Counted from the stretch's first letter, positions 28,327 to 37,270 are shown. The stretch: 64,000 bases of DNA from an uncultured Acidobacteriota bacterium (GCA_963803775.1 CAWDNS010000004.1:80023-144022); one strand, 5' to 3'. The notes: a model not told the origin generated them from the sequence alone. Numbers and translations: made by a program.

Positions 28327-28740
28327 TCAGCGCTTGAGATATTTCGCGGGCGACAGAATCGCGATGCCTTGCCATGGGTGCAGGGCCAACAAGTCGGCGT
28401 CGCCGGTGAGGATCAAATCTGCTTTGCCATTCAAAGCGATTTCGAGAAACTTGTCGTCCTTGGGATCGCGGCAGGCGCGAACTGAATAGATAATCGGCAC
28501 GAATTCGGCCGCGCGAGCGAGCAGGCGAAGAAAGTCCCGGCGCTCCTCTATGCCGACATAACGATCAAACTTCGGACGGGCCAGGACATCGGCCAGTTCG
28601 GTCATGGTGGCGCTGGAAACCAAAAGAATTCCTTCAGTTCCGGCTCTGCGAACCGCTTGGGCGGGCAACGATTCTGGCAGAAGAAGGCGGCTTACAACTA
28701 TGTTGGTGTCGGCGACGATGCGCTCGCGATGGCGCATCAA
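28327..28740 (-). CDS. PIN-domain toxin (PIN_3 / TIGR00305-like)
   Basis: RIVADTNIVVSRLL..., CRDPKDDKFLEIAL and LILTGDADLL are typical of this PIN subfamily. Confidence 0.85.
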   Translation of the reverse strand: MMRHRERIVADTNIVVSRLLLPESLPAQAVRRAGTEGILLVSSATMTELADVLARPKFDRYVGIEERRDFLRLLARAAEFVPIIYSVRACRDPKDDKFLEIALNGKADLILTGDADLLALHPWQGIAILSPAKYLKR

Positions 28741-28982
28741 TCCTTAAGCAATTTGGAGAGCTTTTTCTCATTCAGGCCGCGGGCCACGGCCCTGGAGCCG
28801 ACACGATCACAGAATTGCTGGAATTCAGCATTGTTAAGGTCGCGCATGCGTTCGTATTCCTCGGCGGACATGATGACAGCGACGTCGCGATTTTGGCGGC
28901 GGATGACGACAGGTTCGCGCTGGGCAGCATCGAGGAGTGCGGCGAGCCGCTGCTTGGCATCGGTGGCGGAAACGGTTCGCAT
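28737..28982 (-). CDS. Phd/YefM-family antitoxin
   Basis: MRTVSATDAKQRLAALLDAAQREPVVIRRQNRDVAVIMSAEEYERM. It has an ATGA overlap with the PIN gene. Confidence 0.85.
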   Translation of the reverse strand: MRTVSATDAKQRLAALLDAAQREPVVIRRQNRDVAVIMSAEEYERMRDLNNAEFQQFCDRVGSRAVARGLNEKKLSKLLKD

Positions 28983-29008
28983 TTGTCTATTATAGATAAA
29001 ATAGACAA
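28983..29008 (-). promoter_or_regulatory. Candidate operator/promoter of the PIN/Phd cassette
   Basis: A perfect 9-bp inverted repeat, TTGTCTATT (28983-28991) and AATAGACAA (29000-29008), sits immediately upstream of the antitoxin start. A third half-site, TGGACAA, lies nearby. The region is AT-rich. Confidence 0.45.
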
Positions 29009-29031
29009 AATGGACAAGTTAGATTTCTGAC

Positions 29032-29170
29032 CGGGCGCCCTGGGTCTCGCCGCTTTTGCGAGCTGGGAGCGGTTATATGTGCGGTCGTCAGGCTTAGCGA
29101 GACCTGGGGCACCCGCTTCCACATAAGAAAGGTCAAAGGCGGCGGACAAGAGTGTCCGCCCCACACAGGC
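29032..29170 (+). repeat. REP-like element, right copy flanking the PIN/Phd cassette, joined to an inverted module 3
   Basis: 29032-29108 matches 28171-28248. 29131-29170 (GGTCAAAGGCGGCGGACAAGAGTGTCCGCCCCAC) is the reverse complement of the GGGGCGGACACTCTTGTCCGCCGCCTTTGAC module. Confidence 0.7.
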
Positions 29171-29192
29171 GGCGTGTCTTCTTTCTTATTTC

Positions 29193-29975
29193 TTATGCAG
29201 CTTTCGACTCGCTGCACAGGGCTTGATAGTAATCGCGGCCGCGTTCGTACCCGTGGGTAAACGGTTCGGTGGCGTTCACGCCGGGGTATTGCTTCTCGAG
29301 ATCTTCGATCTGCACCGACATCTCGGACAAGACCTGGTCGTACTCCTTACAACGCGTGCGCGCGTGCAATGCCGCTTCGAAACCCATCCGGTAGAACTTC
29401 TCATCCTGATGGAAGTTTCTGCCGAGAGTGGAATAGTGCTCCTTCTCGGCGCTGCGCAGGCCGATCCACCATTGTTCACGGGCAGCGTCCACCGATTCGG
29501 CGCCTTCAACCTTCAGCAACTCGCGGAAACGCGAGGCTGCGGTCTCATCCTCTGCAAGCGCAACCACAACGCTGCGACCTTTGCGCAGAGCATCTTCGTA
29601 GACAAATAATTCGTCTTCGGGCAAGCCCTCGCTCATCGAATCTTCCAGCTTTTCACCGACCACGGCGCCGACACTTGCCCCGGCTGCCGCCACCAGCGCA
29701 CCGCCTAGAAGCCCAATGGCGGTGATGGGGCCGACGCCCGGGATAATTGCCGCCAGCACCAGTGATCCGGTCAGTCCCGCTGAACCTCCGATGACGGCAC
29801 CGATCCCCTTGGCCATGCCTGGCTGCTCGGTGGCATCGGTGGGGGCGTTGTTCGCCTCGATGCTTTGTGGGGTCAGCAACGTGACCTGCTTTTCAGGAAC
29901 ACCGATGGAGCGCAATAACGCCATGGCGCGCTCCGCGTCCGACCTCGAAGAAAATACTCCAGTGACTGCTTCCAT
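29193..29975 (-). CDS. Stress-protein-like membrane protein with a glycine-zipper segment
   Basis: The N-terminal VFSSRSDAERAMALLRSIGV resembles the general-stress YflT/GsiB-like domain. A central Gly/Ala-rich hydrophobic segment is GIGAVIGGSAGLTGSLVLAAIIPGVGPITAIGLLGGALVAAAGASVGAVVG. Confidence 0.5.
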   Translation of the reverse strand: MEAVTGVFSSRSDAERAMALLRSIGVPEKQVTLLTPQSIEANNAPTDATEQPGMAKGIGAVIGGSAGLTGSLVLAAIIPGVGPITAIGLLGGALVAAAGASVGAVVGEKLEDSMSEGLPEDELFVYEDALRKGRSVVVALAEDETAASRFRELLKVEGAESVDAAREQWWIGLRSAEKEHYSTLGRNFHQDEKFYRMGFEAALHARTRCKEYDQVLSEMSVQIEDLEKQYPGVNATEPFTHGYERGRDYYQALCSESKAA

Positions 29976-30169
29976 CGCAGAATCCTCCTTGATTTATCGC
30001 CCGGCATCAAAAGGCCATCCATGATCCCACAAATCAGGTTCGGGCAACAACGATTGTACTCTCGCCGCGAGGAGCAGGGACGGCCGTCCGGCCAGCCAGG
30101 TTAGGCACGCACGTCAAATAGCGCCAGACAATATTGCAAAGGAATGCCTCGCTAGCGCGTCGTGGATAG

Positions 30170-30343
30170 TCATCCTGCGGATGGTACTTTTCCTGGGTTC
30201 ACTGTCTTCGGAGGTTTGCAGTCATGCTCCTTGCCACAGGCCGGGCATACGACTTTGAGGTTCTTCGCGGCATAGTCGTGGAGGAAGGTGGAAAAGGTCT
30301 TGCTGCAGTGCGGGCATAAAAGGTCAGTTTTGTCATCGCTCAT
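30170..30343 (-). CDS. Small zinc-ribbon protein (57 aa)
   Basis: MSDDKTDLLCPHCSKTF...VVCPACGKEHDC has two CxxC pairs. The short form from ATG 30343 is preferred over the 108-aa ORF. Confidence 0.4.
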   Translation of the reverse strand: MSDDKTDLLCPHCSKTFSTFLHDYAAKNLKVVCPACGKEHDCKPPKTVNPGKVPSAG

Positions 30344-30561
30344 ACGCTCTATTCTAAGCCCGGTGCCACGGGTTCGCGCCCAGCCAAAACTGCCGCATTT
30401 TGCCCCTCTGCACCCGATGTCGATAGTCACCTCGATTTTGTGACCTACGTCATATCCCGTCAGGCGTATCAACGTCCCCTTTTTGTCAGAGCGCAAATAC
30501 GCAGAGATTGTTCGATGCAGTGTCAGCGGGCTGCGAAGTCTCTAACTGGGAGGTTGCACAT

Positions 30562-31350
30562 ATGTATAGCAACGTTGTACCCGTTTCAGCCGGCAAGATG
30601 CTTCTAGTTTCCCCCTCCTCATTAACGATGTATCAACTGGCAAAATCGGCCCACCGGTTCGCTATGTCGGTGCAGGTCTGCACGGAGGTGCGCACTGCGC
30701 TCGACTTGGTAAACCGGCAGAAGTTCGACGCAGTAACCGTCGATCTCACCTTGGGTCAACACGCGACCGACATCTTACGAGAAACACGGTCGTCCGCAGC
30801 GAACCGAACCGCAGTGGCATTTGCCATCAGCAGTACGCTCGATCAGAGTGCGGACGCGTTCCGAGCAGGGTCGAGTTTTGTGATGGAAAGGCCGTTGAGC
30901 CTGGATTCGATTCGACGGACGCTACATGCGGCGCACGGTCTGATTCTGCGGGAACGGCGTCGCTACTTCCGTTGTCCGATTGCGATTCCGGTGTCGATTC
31001 AACAGGAGGGAGCAGCGCCAGTCTACGGTGAGACCATAGACATCAGCGAAGGTGGAATGGCGCTACGCCTCCTGACCCCACTGACGCCGGGGGTCGAGGG
31101 GATTGTGCAATTCACTCTGCCCCGCACCCCGGTGCCAATTCGAGTCGAGGCCAGGATCTGCCGGTGCGATGAGACGGGGAAAGCCGGGCTGCACTTCCAG
31201 TCGCTGTCTGCCCGGGACAACTCGGAACTACAGCAGTGGGTGGCCAGCAGGTTTGAAAGGCAACTGACGCCGGGCGAGATTGGGCTTTGTGCTCTTCCGG
31301 CGCCACCGCTGCCACAGTTGATCGCTCCGGCATGGAGTGAACTGACGTAA
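30562..31350 (+). CDS. Receiver-like domain fused to a PilZ (c-di-GMP binding) domain
   Basis: ATG 30562 follows GGGAGG. PilZ motifs RRYFR (RxxxR) and DISEGG (DxSxxG) are present. The N-terminal REC-like fold lacks the DD acidic pocket (LLVSPS). Confidence 0.75.
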   Translation: MYSNVVPVSAGKMLLVSPSSLTMYQLAKSAHRFAMSVQVCTEVRTALDLVNRQKFDAVTVDLTLGQHATDILRETRSSAANRTAVAFAISSTLDQSADAFRAGSSFVMERPLSLDSIRRTLHAAHGLILRERRRYFRCPIAIPVSIQQEGAAPVYGETIDISEGGMALRLLTPLTPGVEGIVQFTLPRTPVPIRVEARICRCDETGKAGLHFQSLSARDNSELQQWVASRFERQLTPGEIGLCALPAPPLPQLIAPAWSELT

Positions 31351-31458
31351 AGGTTGGTGTAGGCAGGTTCGACGTTGCGGGGCATCCGCATGCTGAGTAC
31401 AACGCTTCATGCGCATGCCCTCAAGCGACGTTGCCTGAAAATCAGTTGTCCGGTTGCG

Positions 31459-31851
31459 TCATTGGGGAGGCAAGCCTTCGACGATGAATATGCGGCTCTT
31501 GGCTGCGCTTTGCCGGATGGGCCTGACGGCCGCGTAGGCTGGCGAATCGTACCACTCACGCGCCTTCTCTGCGCTGTCAAAAGCGATGACCACGATGCCG
31601 CCTTTTGGCGGTTCTCCCTCGAGAGCCTGGATCTTGCTGCTAAGAATGACATAGTGATGATTGAAAGGCGCCAGCGTTTCGGGCACCTTCTCACCATATT
31701 TCTGCATGGCGGTGGGGTCGGTCACGTCGACCTCCGCGAGGACATAACCGGGTGGCGTCTTTGCCTGCTGTGCTTGAATCACCTTGGCACCAGCAATGCC
31801 GATCAAAACACCAGCGAGCGTTGCCAGCACGATTTTGGGATTAGTTTTCAT
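31459..31851 (-). CDS. DUF1330-family protein with signal peptide
   Basis: GYVLAEVDVTDPTAMQKYGEKV...GGIVVIAFDSAEKAREWYDSPAY matches the DUF1330 pattern. Confidence 0.7.
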   Translation of the reverse strand: MKTNPKIVLATLAGVLIGIAGAKVIQAQQAKTPPGYVLAEVDVTDPTAMQKYGEKVPETLAPFNHHYVILSSKIQALEGEPPKGGIVVIAFDSAEKAREWYDSPAYAAVRPIRQSAAKSRIFIVEGLPPQ

Positions 31852-31904
31852 AGGTCATTCTCCTCGATATGATTTTGCGATAATGCGTGCGATCCGCGGT
31901 GAGT

Positions 31905-32510
31905 TTAGTGCGCTTTGTCAGATTCATCTGGCACCCGTGTCTGGTCGGTAATCCAGTTGACTTCCCAGGTCTTGCCGCCGTCGTCGGAGAATGACTGCTC
32001 GAAATGTGGAGAATTGGTGGTCAGGTTTGTCCAATCAAATCGAATCAGGATGGTTTTGCCATTGATTGTGTCCTGGGCGAAAAACTCACCGTGTCCGTCC
32101 TTGAACTGGCCGACCTGGGGTGGATCCAGAACGCCGATCTTGCTGTTGGCCCAATAGAGTCTCCACTGGTGAGATTGAGGATTGTAAACACGCAAGGTCA
32201 GACCTTCGATGTCGCCGGTGGGCCCATCAACTTCGATCTGATCGATACTGGCCCCATCGTAAACCTTATGGCAGACACCGATGCCGTCAAATTCGACCCA
32301 GGTAGTGGAACCGGTCAAGGGATGGAGGCGGCGCTTCAGATGATATTTCCAAGAACCAATTAGAGGATCGAAATCGTGTTGGCCATCGCGTTCGGCGGGC
32401 GCCTGGGTTTTCGCCGTGTCTGAATTCTGTTGGGCGAATCCCTGAAAGGGCCGCAAGGTGACAACCAGGCTGCATAAGATGAGATAAGCCCCAATGCGTT
32501 TGCGGTTCAT
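31905..32510 (-). CDS. Secreted hypothetical protein
   Basis: ATG 32510 follows AAGGAGG. The signal peptide is MNRKRIGAYLILCSLVVTLRPFQGFA. Confidence 0.6.
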   Translation of the reverse strand: MNRKRIGAYLILCSLVVTLRPFQGFAQQNSDTAKTQAPAERDGQHDFDPLIGSWKYHLKRRLHPLTGSTTWVEFDGIGVCHKVYDGASIDQIEVDGPTGDIEGLTLRVYNPQSHQWRLYWANSKIGVLDPPQVGQFKDGHGEFFAQDTINGKTILIRFDWTNLTTNSPHFEQSFSDDGGKTWEVNWITDQTRVPDESDKAH

Positions 32511-32756
32511 CACTGCCTCCTTGAATTCGGATGCAAAGATAGTTGAACGGGCGAGAGCATGTGCCAATCCGGAGTAAAAACAAGTAAAAAATTGTGAACG
32601 AGTTGCGGCCGGATGCAGCCGGCTACCGTTTTCCCCCTAGGGTTCCTTGCGCATTTTGCAGGCAGCAACCTCCCGCACTATTCAGTCTTCTAAAGGTCAT
32701 TCTGCAGCACAGACCAGCCCTGGAAGGCAATCCTGGCGCAGAGGAAGGACACTGAA

Positions 32757-34013
32757 ATGAGCAAACGTCGGTCCGATGACATACTTCACTCTCCCAAACA
32801 CAGCCCCATCTTTATTCTGGCGATTGGGCTCTTGCTGACGGCCACGATTCTGGCGCCGGGACAGTCACACGCACAGACCTACAGCCTGCTCTACTCGTTT
32901 ACGGGTGGATCGGACGGTAAATGGCCGTACTCCAGCTTGATTGAAGATAGTGCCGGAAACCTGTATGGCACAGCCAGTGCCGGCGGTCTGAACTGTAGTA
33001 ATCCTTACGGATGCGGAACCGTATTCAAACTAGCCGCCAACGGGACGTTCACGCTCCTGCACAGCTTTACAGATGATAGCGATGGCGGGGGACCGCTCGC
33101 TGGAGTGATCCGGGACGCAGCCGGGAATCTGTATGGCACAACAAATTACGGACCGGGAGGCTCCGGAGTAGGAACGGTATTCAAACTGAACCCTGCCAAC
33201 AAAGAGACTGTATTGCACGCCTTCACGGGCGCGCCCGACGGAGCGAGCCCGTCAGCGCCAGTGGTTCGTGACGCAGCCGGCAATCTCTATGGGACCACAC
33301 AGGGAGGCGGCGGCGCTGGGAATGACGGAGTCGTGTTCGAGTGGAATGCAAACACCGGGAAGGAGACCATCCTGCACAGCTTCACTGGCGGGGTAGATGG
33401 AGCGAATCCCGGGGCTGGCCTGCTGCTTGATCAAGCGGGGCGGGCGCTTTACGGTGAAACCATACAAGGCGGTAACAGCACATGCTCCGGCAATTTCAAC
33501 AGCGGCTGCGGAACCGCGTTTAAGCTAACGGCAAGTGGGATGGAAAACTATGACTTCCCTGGAGCCGGCCAGCAAGGCGAAGAGCCGCTGGGAGGGTTAA
33601 TTCGGGATGCCGAAGGCAATTTCTATGGAACCACCTACTACGGCGGAGCCGAGGGCTACGGTAGTGTGTTCAAGATTGATGCAGCCGGCAAGGAGACTGT
33701 CCTTTACAGCTTCACCGCCCAGGCGGATGGGGCTTGGCCCTCGGCTGGGTTGGTGTTAGACGCCGCCGGAAACCTGTATGGCACAACTTACGAGCGAGGA
33801 AACTTGAGTTGCAACGGTGGGGGTGGCTGCGGGACGCTATTTGAAATCACCTCCGGCGGCAAGTTCACAGTGGTCCACACCTTCATGGGAGAGCCATCGG
33901 ATGGAAACGGTCCGGCGGCAACTCTGCTCCGGGACTCGGCAGGGAATCTTTACGGAACCACGGTTTCCGGCGGCACGGATAACAACGGAGTGGTGTTCAA
34001 GCTGACTCCGTAA
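32757..34013 (+). CDS. GloVer-repeat (choice-of-anchor tandem repeat) secreted protein, intact
   Basis: A signal/TM segment is followed by about eight repeats of G.LYGTT..GG....G(T)VFKL. No C-terminal sorting signal is evident. Confidence 0.8.
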   Translation: MSKRRSDDILHSPKHSPIFILAIGLLLTATILAPGQSHAQTYSLLYSFTGGSDGKWPYSSLIEDSAGNLYGTASAGGLNCSNPYGCGTVFKLAANGTFTLLHSFTDDSDGGGPLAGVIRDAAGNLYGTTNYGPGGSGVGTVFKLNPANKETVLHAFTGAPDGASPSAPVVRDAAGNLYGTTQGGGGAGNDGVVFEWNANTGKETILHSFTGGVDGANPGAGLLLDQAGRALYGETIQGGNSTCSGNFNSGCGTAFKLTASGMENYDFPGAGQQGEEPLGGLIRDAEGNFYGTTYYGGAEGYGSVFKIDAAGKETVLYSFTAQADGAWPSAGLVLDAAGNLYGTTYERGNLSCNGGGGCGTLFEITSGGKFTVVHTFMGEPSDGNGPAATLLRDSAGNLYGTTVSGGTDNNGVVFKLTP

Positions 34014-34053
34014 TCGGCGCGCACTGCGGTCACAGCACCACTGATAATCACCT

Positions 34054-34093
34054 TCCCTGCTCTAGCGTCGAACAAAGGCGACGTTAGAGCAGG
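34054..34093. terminator. Long hairpin between convergent genes
   Basis: 16-nt arms CCCTGCTCTAGCGTCG and CGACGTTAGAGCAGGG (one mismatch) with an 8-nt loop, 10 nt beyond the minus-strand stop at 34104. Confidence 0.5.
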
Positions 34094-34103
34094 GCCCGGA
34101 CAA

Positions 34104-34847
34104 CTACGTCACGCGCACATCGAATAATGCCAGCCAATACTGCAATGACTGCATGGCGAAACCACACAGGATGAGTGCGACGCCGAAGGCTCCCATCCGC
34201 CGTTCCGGAAGGTTATCCGCGTAGTATTCGATATAGGGGTTTACGGTTACTCCGACGCCGGTGACCAGGCCGGTGACGAGCCCAACCCGGATGGCAAAAG
34301 ACCAGGCGTGATCAGCTCGGTGTACGAGCGCGCCGCAGATAAGCGCGGTGGCAATGTACCCGAAGGTACGCACGACCGTTCCCCAAAACTGGCGACGTGA
34401 AAGGCGGGTTCGGCGAGAGGCAACATAGTCGAGAGCAGGACGCATCCCGCGGGAATAGGCGAACACCTGACCCAGAGTGATGAGAGCGGCGAATGCGATC
34501 GCGTACTCGACGCCCACACTCCGATACAGTCCGACGCCGAAACCAAGCCCACGCAGTGCGCTGAACAACGCTTCCCAAGGCAAAGAATAGTGATCGAATC
34601 CGCGCGCCGCTCGATTGAGTTCAATCGCTATGGTGATGCCGGTTGCAAGCCCGGAGGCCAGGCCGAAGAAGAGACCAAGGCCGAGACCGTAGCCAATTCC
34701 GAAGACGACCGAGTAGGTTACGGCCCGTGTAAGCAGCCGCAAGGGACCGTGTTGACCACCCAACAGATCGTAGGCAAGGTAAAGGCTGCCGAGCACATCC
34801 AGGCAGGTGCCGGTGATGCTGACAGCTGCGACCGCATGGTGATCCAT
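34104..34847 (-). CDS. Polytopic membrane protein, unknown function (probable last gene of the 37042->34104 operon)
   Basis: Six or more hydrophobic segments with Gly-rich helices (FGIGYGLGLGLFFGLASGLATG). It lies 69 nt downstream of the preceding gene. Confidence 0.6.
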   Translation of the reverse strand: MDHHAVAAVSITGTCLDVLGSLYLAYDLLGGQHGPLRLLTRAVTYSVVFGIGYGLGLGLFFGLASGLATGITIAIELNRAARGFDHYSLPWEALFSALRGLGFGVGLYRSVGVEYAIAFAALITLGQVFAYSRGMRPALDYVASRRTRLSRRQFWGTVVRTFGYIATALICGALVHRADHAWSFAIRVGLVTGLVTGVGVTVNPYIEYYADNLPERRMGAFGVALILCGFAMQSLQYWLALFDVRVT

Positions 34848-34916
34848 TAAATGATTGTAGAGGTAATGAGTTGGGAGTTGGGCGGGTGAGTTAATAGGTA
34901 ATGATATTGAAGCGAC

Positions 34917-35597
34917 TTATACCGCAGCCGCGGCCTGGGTGCCGGCTTTCATTTCTTTGCCAGATTGTCGTTCTACCACACGCAACTCCTTCTCTAGCGA
35001 CGAAAAGCGTTGCAGGATTTCATGCATGCGTAGCGCCATGTTGCGAACAGTTTCGATCTGCGAACGCGCCTCAGCGGAGAGAGAACCAGGCTCAAGCAGG
35101 AGTAACTCGGAGTTTCCCAGCATCGAGGTCAAGGTGTTGTTCAGCGTGTGCTGCATTTCGAGGATGTAGCGGCCGAGAGTGGCTTGGCGTTCCAGCAGCG
35201 TGTTTTGTTGTTCGGCGCGGCGGGCGTGGAATTCGGCAGTTGCCCGATGCAGCACTTCGCCGGCTACGAGCACCAGAGTTTCCAGCCAATTTTCCTGCTG
35301 GCGAACGACGACGACCCCAGGCCAGCGGTCACGAACGGATTGAATAGCTCTAACGTCGTCGGAGACGAAGAGTACGCGTTTGCCGGCGGCATCCATAGCT
35401 TCCATCACAACGGCGAGCGCCTGCGGGCGGATGCGTCCGGCGATGGCTAACTGAAAGTTTTCCGGATCGAAATCGAGGCACACGTCACTACTCATCAGGG
35501 TGAAGGCCGGCATCTTGCGCTCCGATTGCCAGCGACTGGTGATGACCAGGGGAAAATCCGGGTCGTCGGAGATGATGAGTACGGTGGGTTGGTCCAC
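34917..35597 (-). CDS. Pseudo-receiver domain fused to a HisKA (DHp) domain, with no ATPase domain
   Basis: GTG start. LIISDD is present, but QLAIAG sits where the phospho-Asp strand would be. The H-box is LEMQHTLNNTLTSMLGNSELL. The protein ends about 60 aa after the H-box. Confidence 0.65.
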   Translation of the reverse strand: MDQPTVLIISDDPDFPLVITSRWQSERKMPAFTLMSSDVCLDFDPENFQLAIAGRIRPQALAVVMEAMDAAGKRVLFVSDDVRAIQSVRDRWPGVVVVRQQENWLETLVLVAGEVLHRATAEFHARRAEQQNTLLERQATLGRYILEMQHTLNNTLTSMLGNSELLLLEPGSLSAEARSQIETVRNMALRMHEILQRFSSLEKELRVVERQSGKEMKAGTQAAAAV

Positions 35598-35663
35598 GGT
35601 TATTCTCGACGGTCTTCTACTCGACGTCTTTCTGCTCGACGGCTCTCTGCTTGACGACGGGGC

Positions 35664-36698
35664 CTATGATCCGTCGGTATTGTCGCTGCTGCTTTGGTGA
35701 GGATCGGGTTCGCTCCAATCGGCGGTCTGACGGGAGACCTCGAATTCAGGCGCGTCCGAAGCAGCGATTCCGGATTGAGCGCCGGCCGCGGCCGCTTTCG
35801 CTTTCTCTGACGGCTTGTTTCCCTTCTGGTTCTTTTCCAGAGCATGATCGATCACGTTGCGCAGGTCAACCAACATGCGCAGGGGCTGCCCGGAAGAATA
35901 CTCGGCGTGAAACATCACCTTCCACGATTGGCAGATCATGCGCAAGCGTGCGATCGGCTCTTCCGCGGAGAATTGCGCGCGGCGGCAGTCGAGGGTTGCG
36001 ACGCCACTGGCTTCCAATTCGCGCAGGCCGTCGGAAATAGCGTTCAGGTCGCCATGCATCAGGCGGAAGAACACACGCCGCATTAAGAAACTGAAGCGGG
36101 TAAACGAGACCATTGCCGCGGGAGTGTAATAGTTCTCCTGCGAAGAAGTTTTGAGTTTGCGGCTTTTTTCCAGAACCTTGCTGCTGAGCAGTTCGCTCAG
36201 GGTCTTACTGGCATTGGCTTCGGTCATCAGATCGGAGAGTGGACTCAGCCAGTCTGGCAGGGTTAAGTCGGCGGTTCCCAGCACTGGCTCCAGGGTTTGG
36301 GCCACGTACTGGACATCGACATCGGCATCTTCCAGACGCGAGGGCGCGGCCAGCGAAAAATACTGCACCAACAAGAAATCGACTTTGTCGCGGTCAGTGT
36401 CGGAGTGTTGAGGCTTGCGCAAGTGATGTTGCAGGAGATTCCGCAGAGCATCTTCGCCGGCGAGGGCGCTGGTCTGCAAGAACTGACGGAGTTGATAGAC
36501 CTGGATGCGCTGATCCATGTCGAGAAACCATTGCCGCGCCTGTTCCACGGATTCCTGGGGCGGCGTGCTGTTACCGGATTCGAGATCATTGCAAGCGGGG
36601 AGTTCGATGACGAATTCCCGGCCCAACGCCGCATACAAAGGATAGAGCGCAAGCGCGTCTTTCCACTCGGTGGCGAGATCATTCACAGGTGATGTCAT
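35664..36698 (-). CDS. Hypothetical protein (344 aa), no recognisable domain
   Basis: Clean ORF with an ATGA overlap with the upstream gene and an acidic, low-complexity C-terminus. Confidence 0.55.
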   Translation of the reverse strand: MTSPVNDLATEWKDALALYPLYAALGREFVIELPACNDLESGNSTPPQESVEQARQWFLDMDQRIQVYQLRQFLQTSALAGEDALRNLLQHHLRKPQHSDTDRDKVDFLLVQYFSLAAPSRLEDADVDVQYVAQTLEPVLGTADLTLPDWLSPLSDLMTEANASKTLSELLSSKVLEKSRKLKTSSQENYYTPAAMVSFTRFSFLMRRVFFRLMHGDLNAISDGLRELEASGVATLDCRRAQFSAEEPIARLRMICQSWKVMFHAEYSSGQPLRMLVDLRNVIDHALEKNQKGNKPSEKAKAAAAGAQSGIAASDAPEFEVSRQTADWSEPDPHQSSSDNTDGS

Positions 36699-37042
36699 GG
36701 TTTCACGATCCAGTTGGCAACTTCCCGGGTGAAGCGAGCGGCAACCGCCCGGTGTCCTCCGTTACATTGCAGTGCAACCACACAGGCCTCGGTGTCGAGG
36801 GAACCGTCAGAGTTGCGTAAGCGCAGCTTGTCGGCGAACTCGAGCGGCAGAGTCGAAGCAAACAACACTTCCTGCGGCGTACCGAATTCAATGATTGTGC
36901 TTTCGCTGGTGGTGGTGGTGGCATCGCCGAGGCGAGTGAGGCGTACGGGAATCCGCACAGGCGTGGCATTGGGAAAGAACTTGGCCAGCTTGTTGGTGGA
37001 GCTTTCGCGAGTTAGAGCGGCGGCTATGGCTGGTCTGGACAC
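36695..37042 (-). CDS. Hypothetical small protein (115 aa); weak PilZ-like beta-barrel resemblance without RxxxR/DxSxxG
   Basis: GTG start after GGGGGA. VRIPVRLTRLGD...IIEFGTPQEVLFAS...RLRNSDGSL. Confidence 0.45.
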   Translation of the reverse strand: MSRPAIAAALTRESSTNKLAKFFPNATPVRIPVRLTRLGDATTTTSESTIIEFGTPQEVLFASTLPLEFADKLRLRNSDGSLDTEACVVALQCNGGHRAVAARFTREVANWIVKP

Positions 37043-37135
37043 GGTTCCCCCAGAAATGCCAATGCAGGCCGGGGTTCCCGAGTCTGCCGGTTAGCGTGGA
37101 CTCAAGGACCCGGACCGCATCGCAGACAAGGAGAG

Positions 37136-37151
37136 TGCACGAGTGGAGCCA
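37136..37151 (-). promoter_or_regulatory. Candidate sigma-54 (-24/-12) promoter of the 37042->34104 operon
   Basis: The minus strand reads TGGCTC-CACTC-GTGCA, with GG and GC at consensus spacing, about 95 nt upstream of the GTG at 37042. Confidence 0.45.
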
Positions 37152-37245
37152 AAGGGGGGTCTTTGCGGTTTGAGGCTAAGTGTAGAGTTGACAAAGAGAT
37201 GGGATGGAGTTCTATTTCGGGCCGACGGCAGTCTCGGAGAGTTGG

Positions 37246-37270
37246 CGTCTCACATTGATATGACGTCTCA
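37246..37270. promoter_or_regulatory. Candidate enhancer (UAS): two CGTCTCA heptamers 18 bp apart
   Basis: CGTCTCA occurs at 37246-37252 and 37264-37270, about 95-120 bp upstream of the -24 element on the minus strand. The same heptamer pair occurs upstream of the che promoter. Confidence 0.35.
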
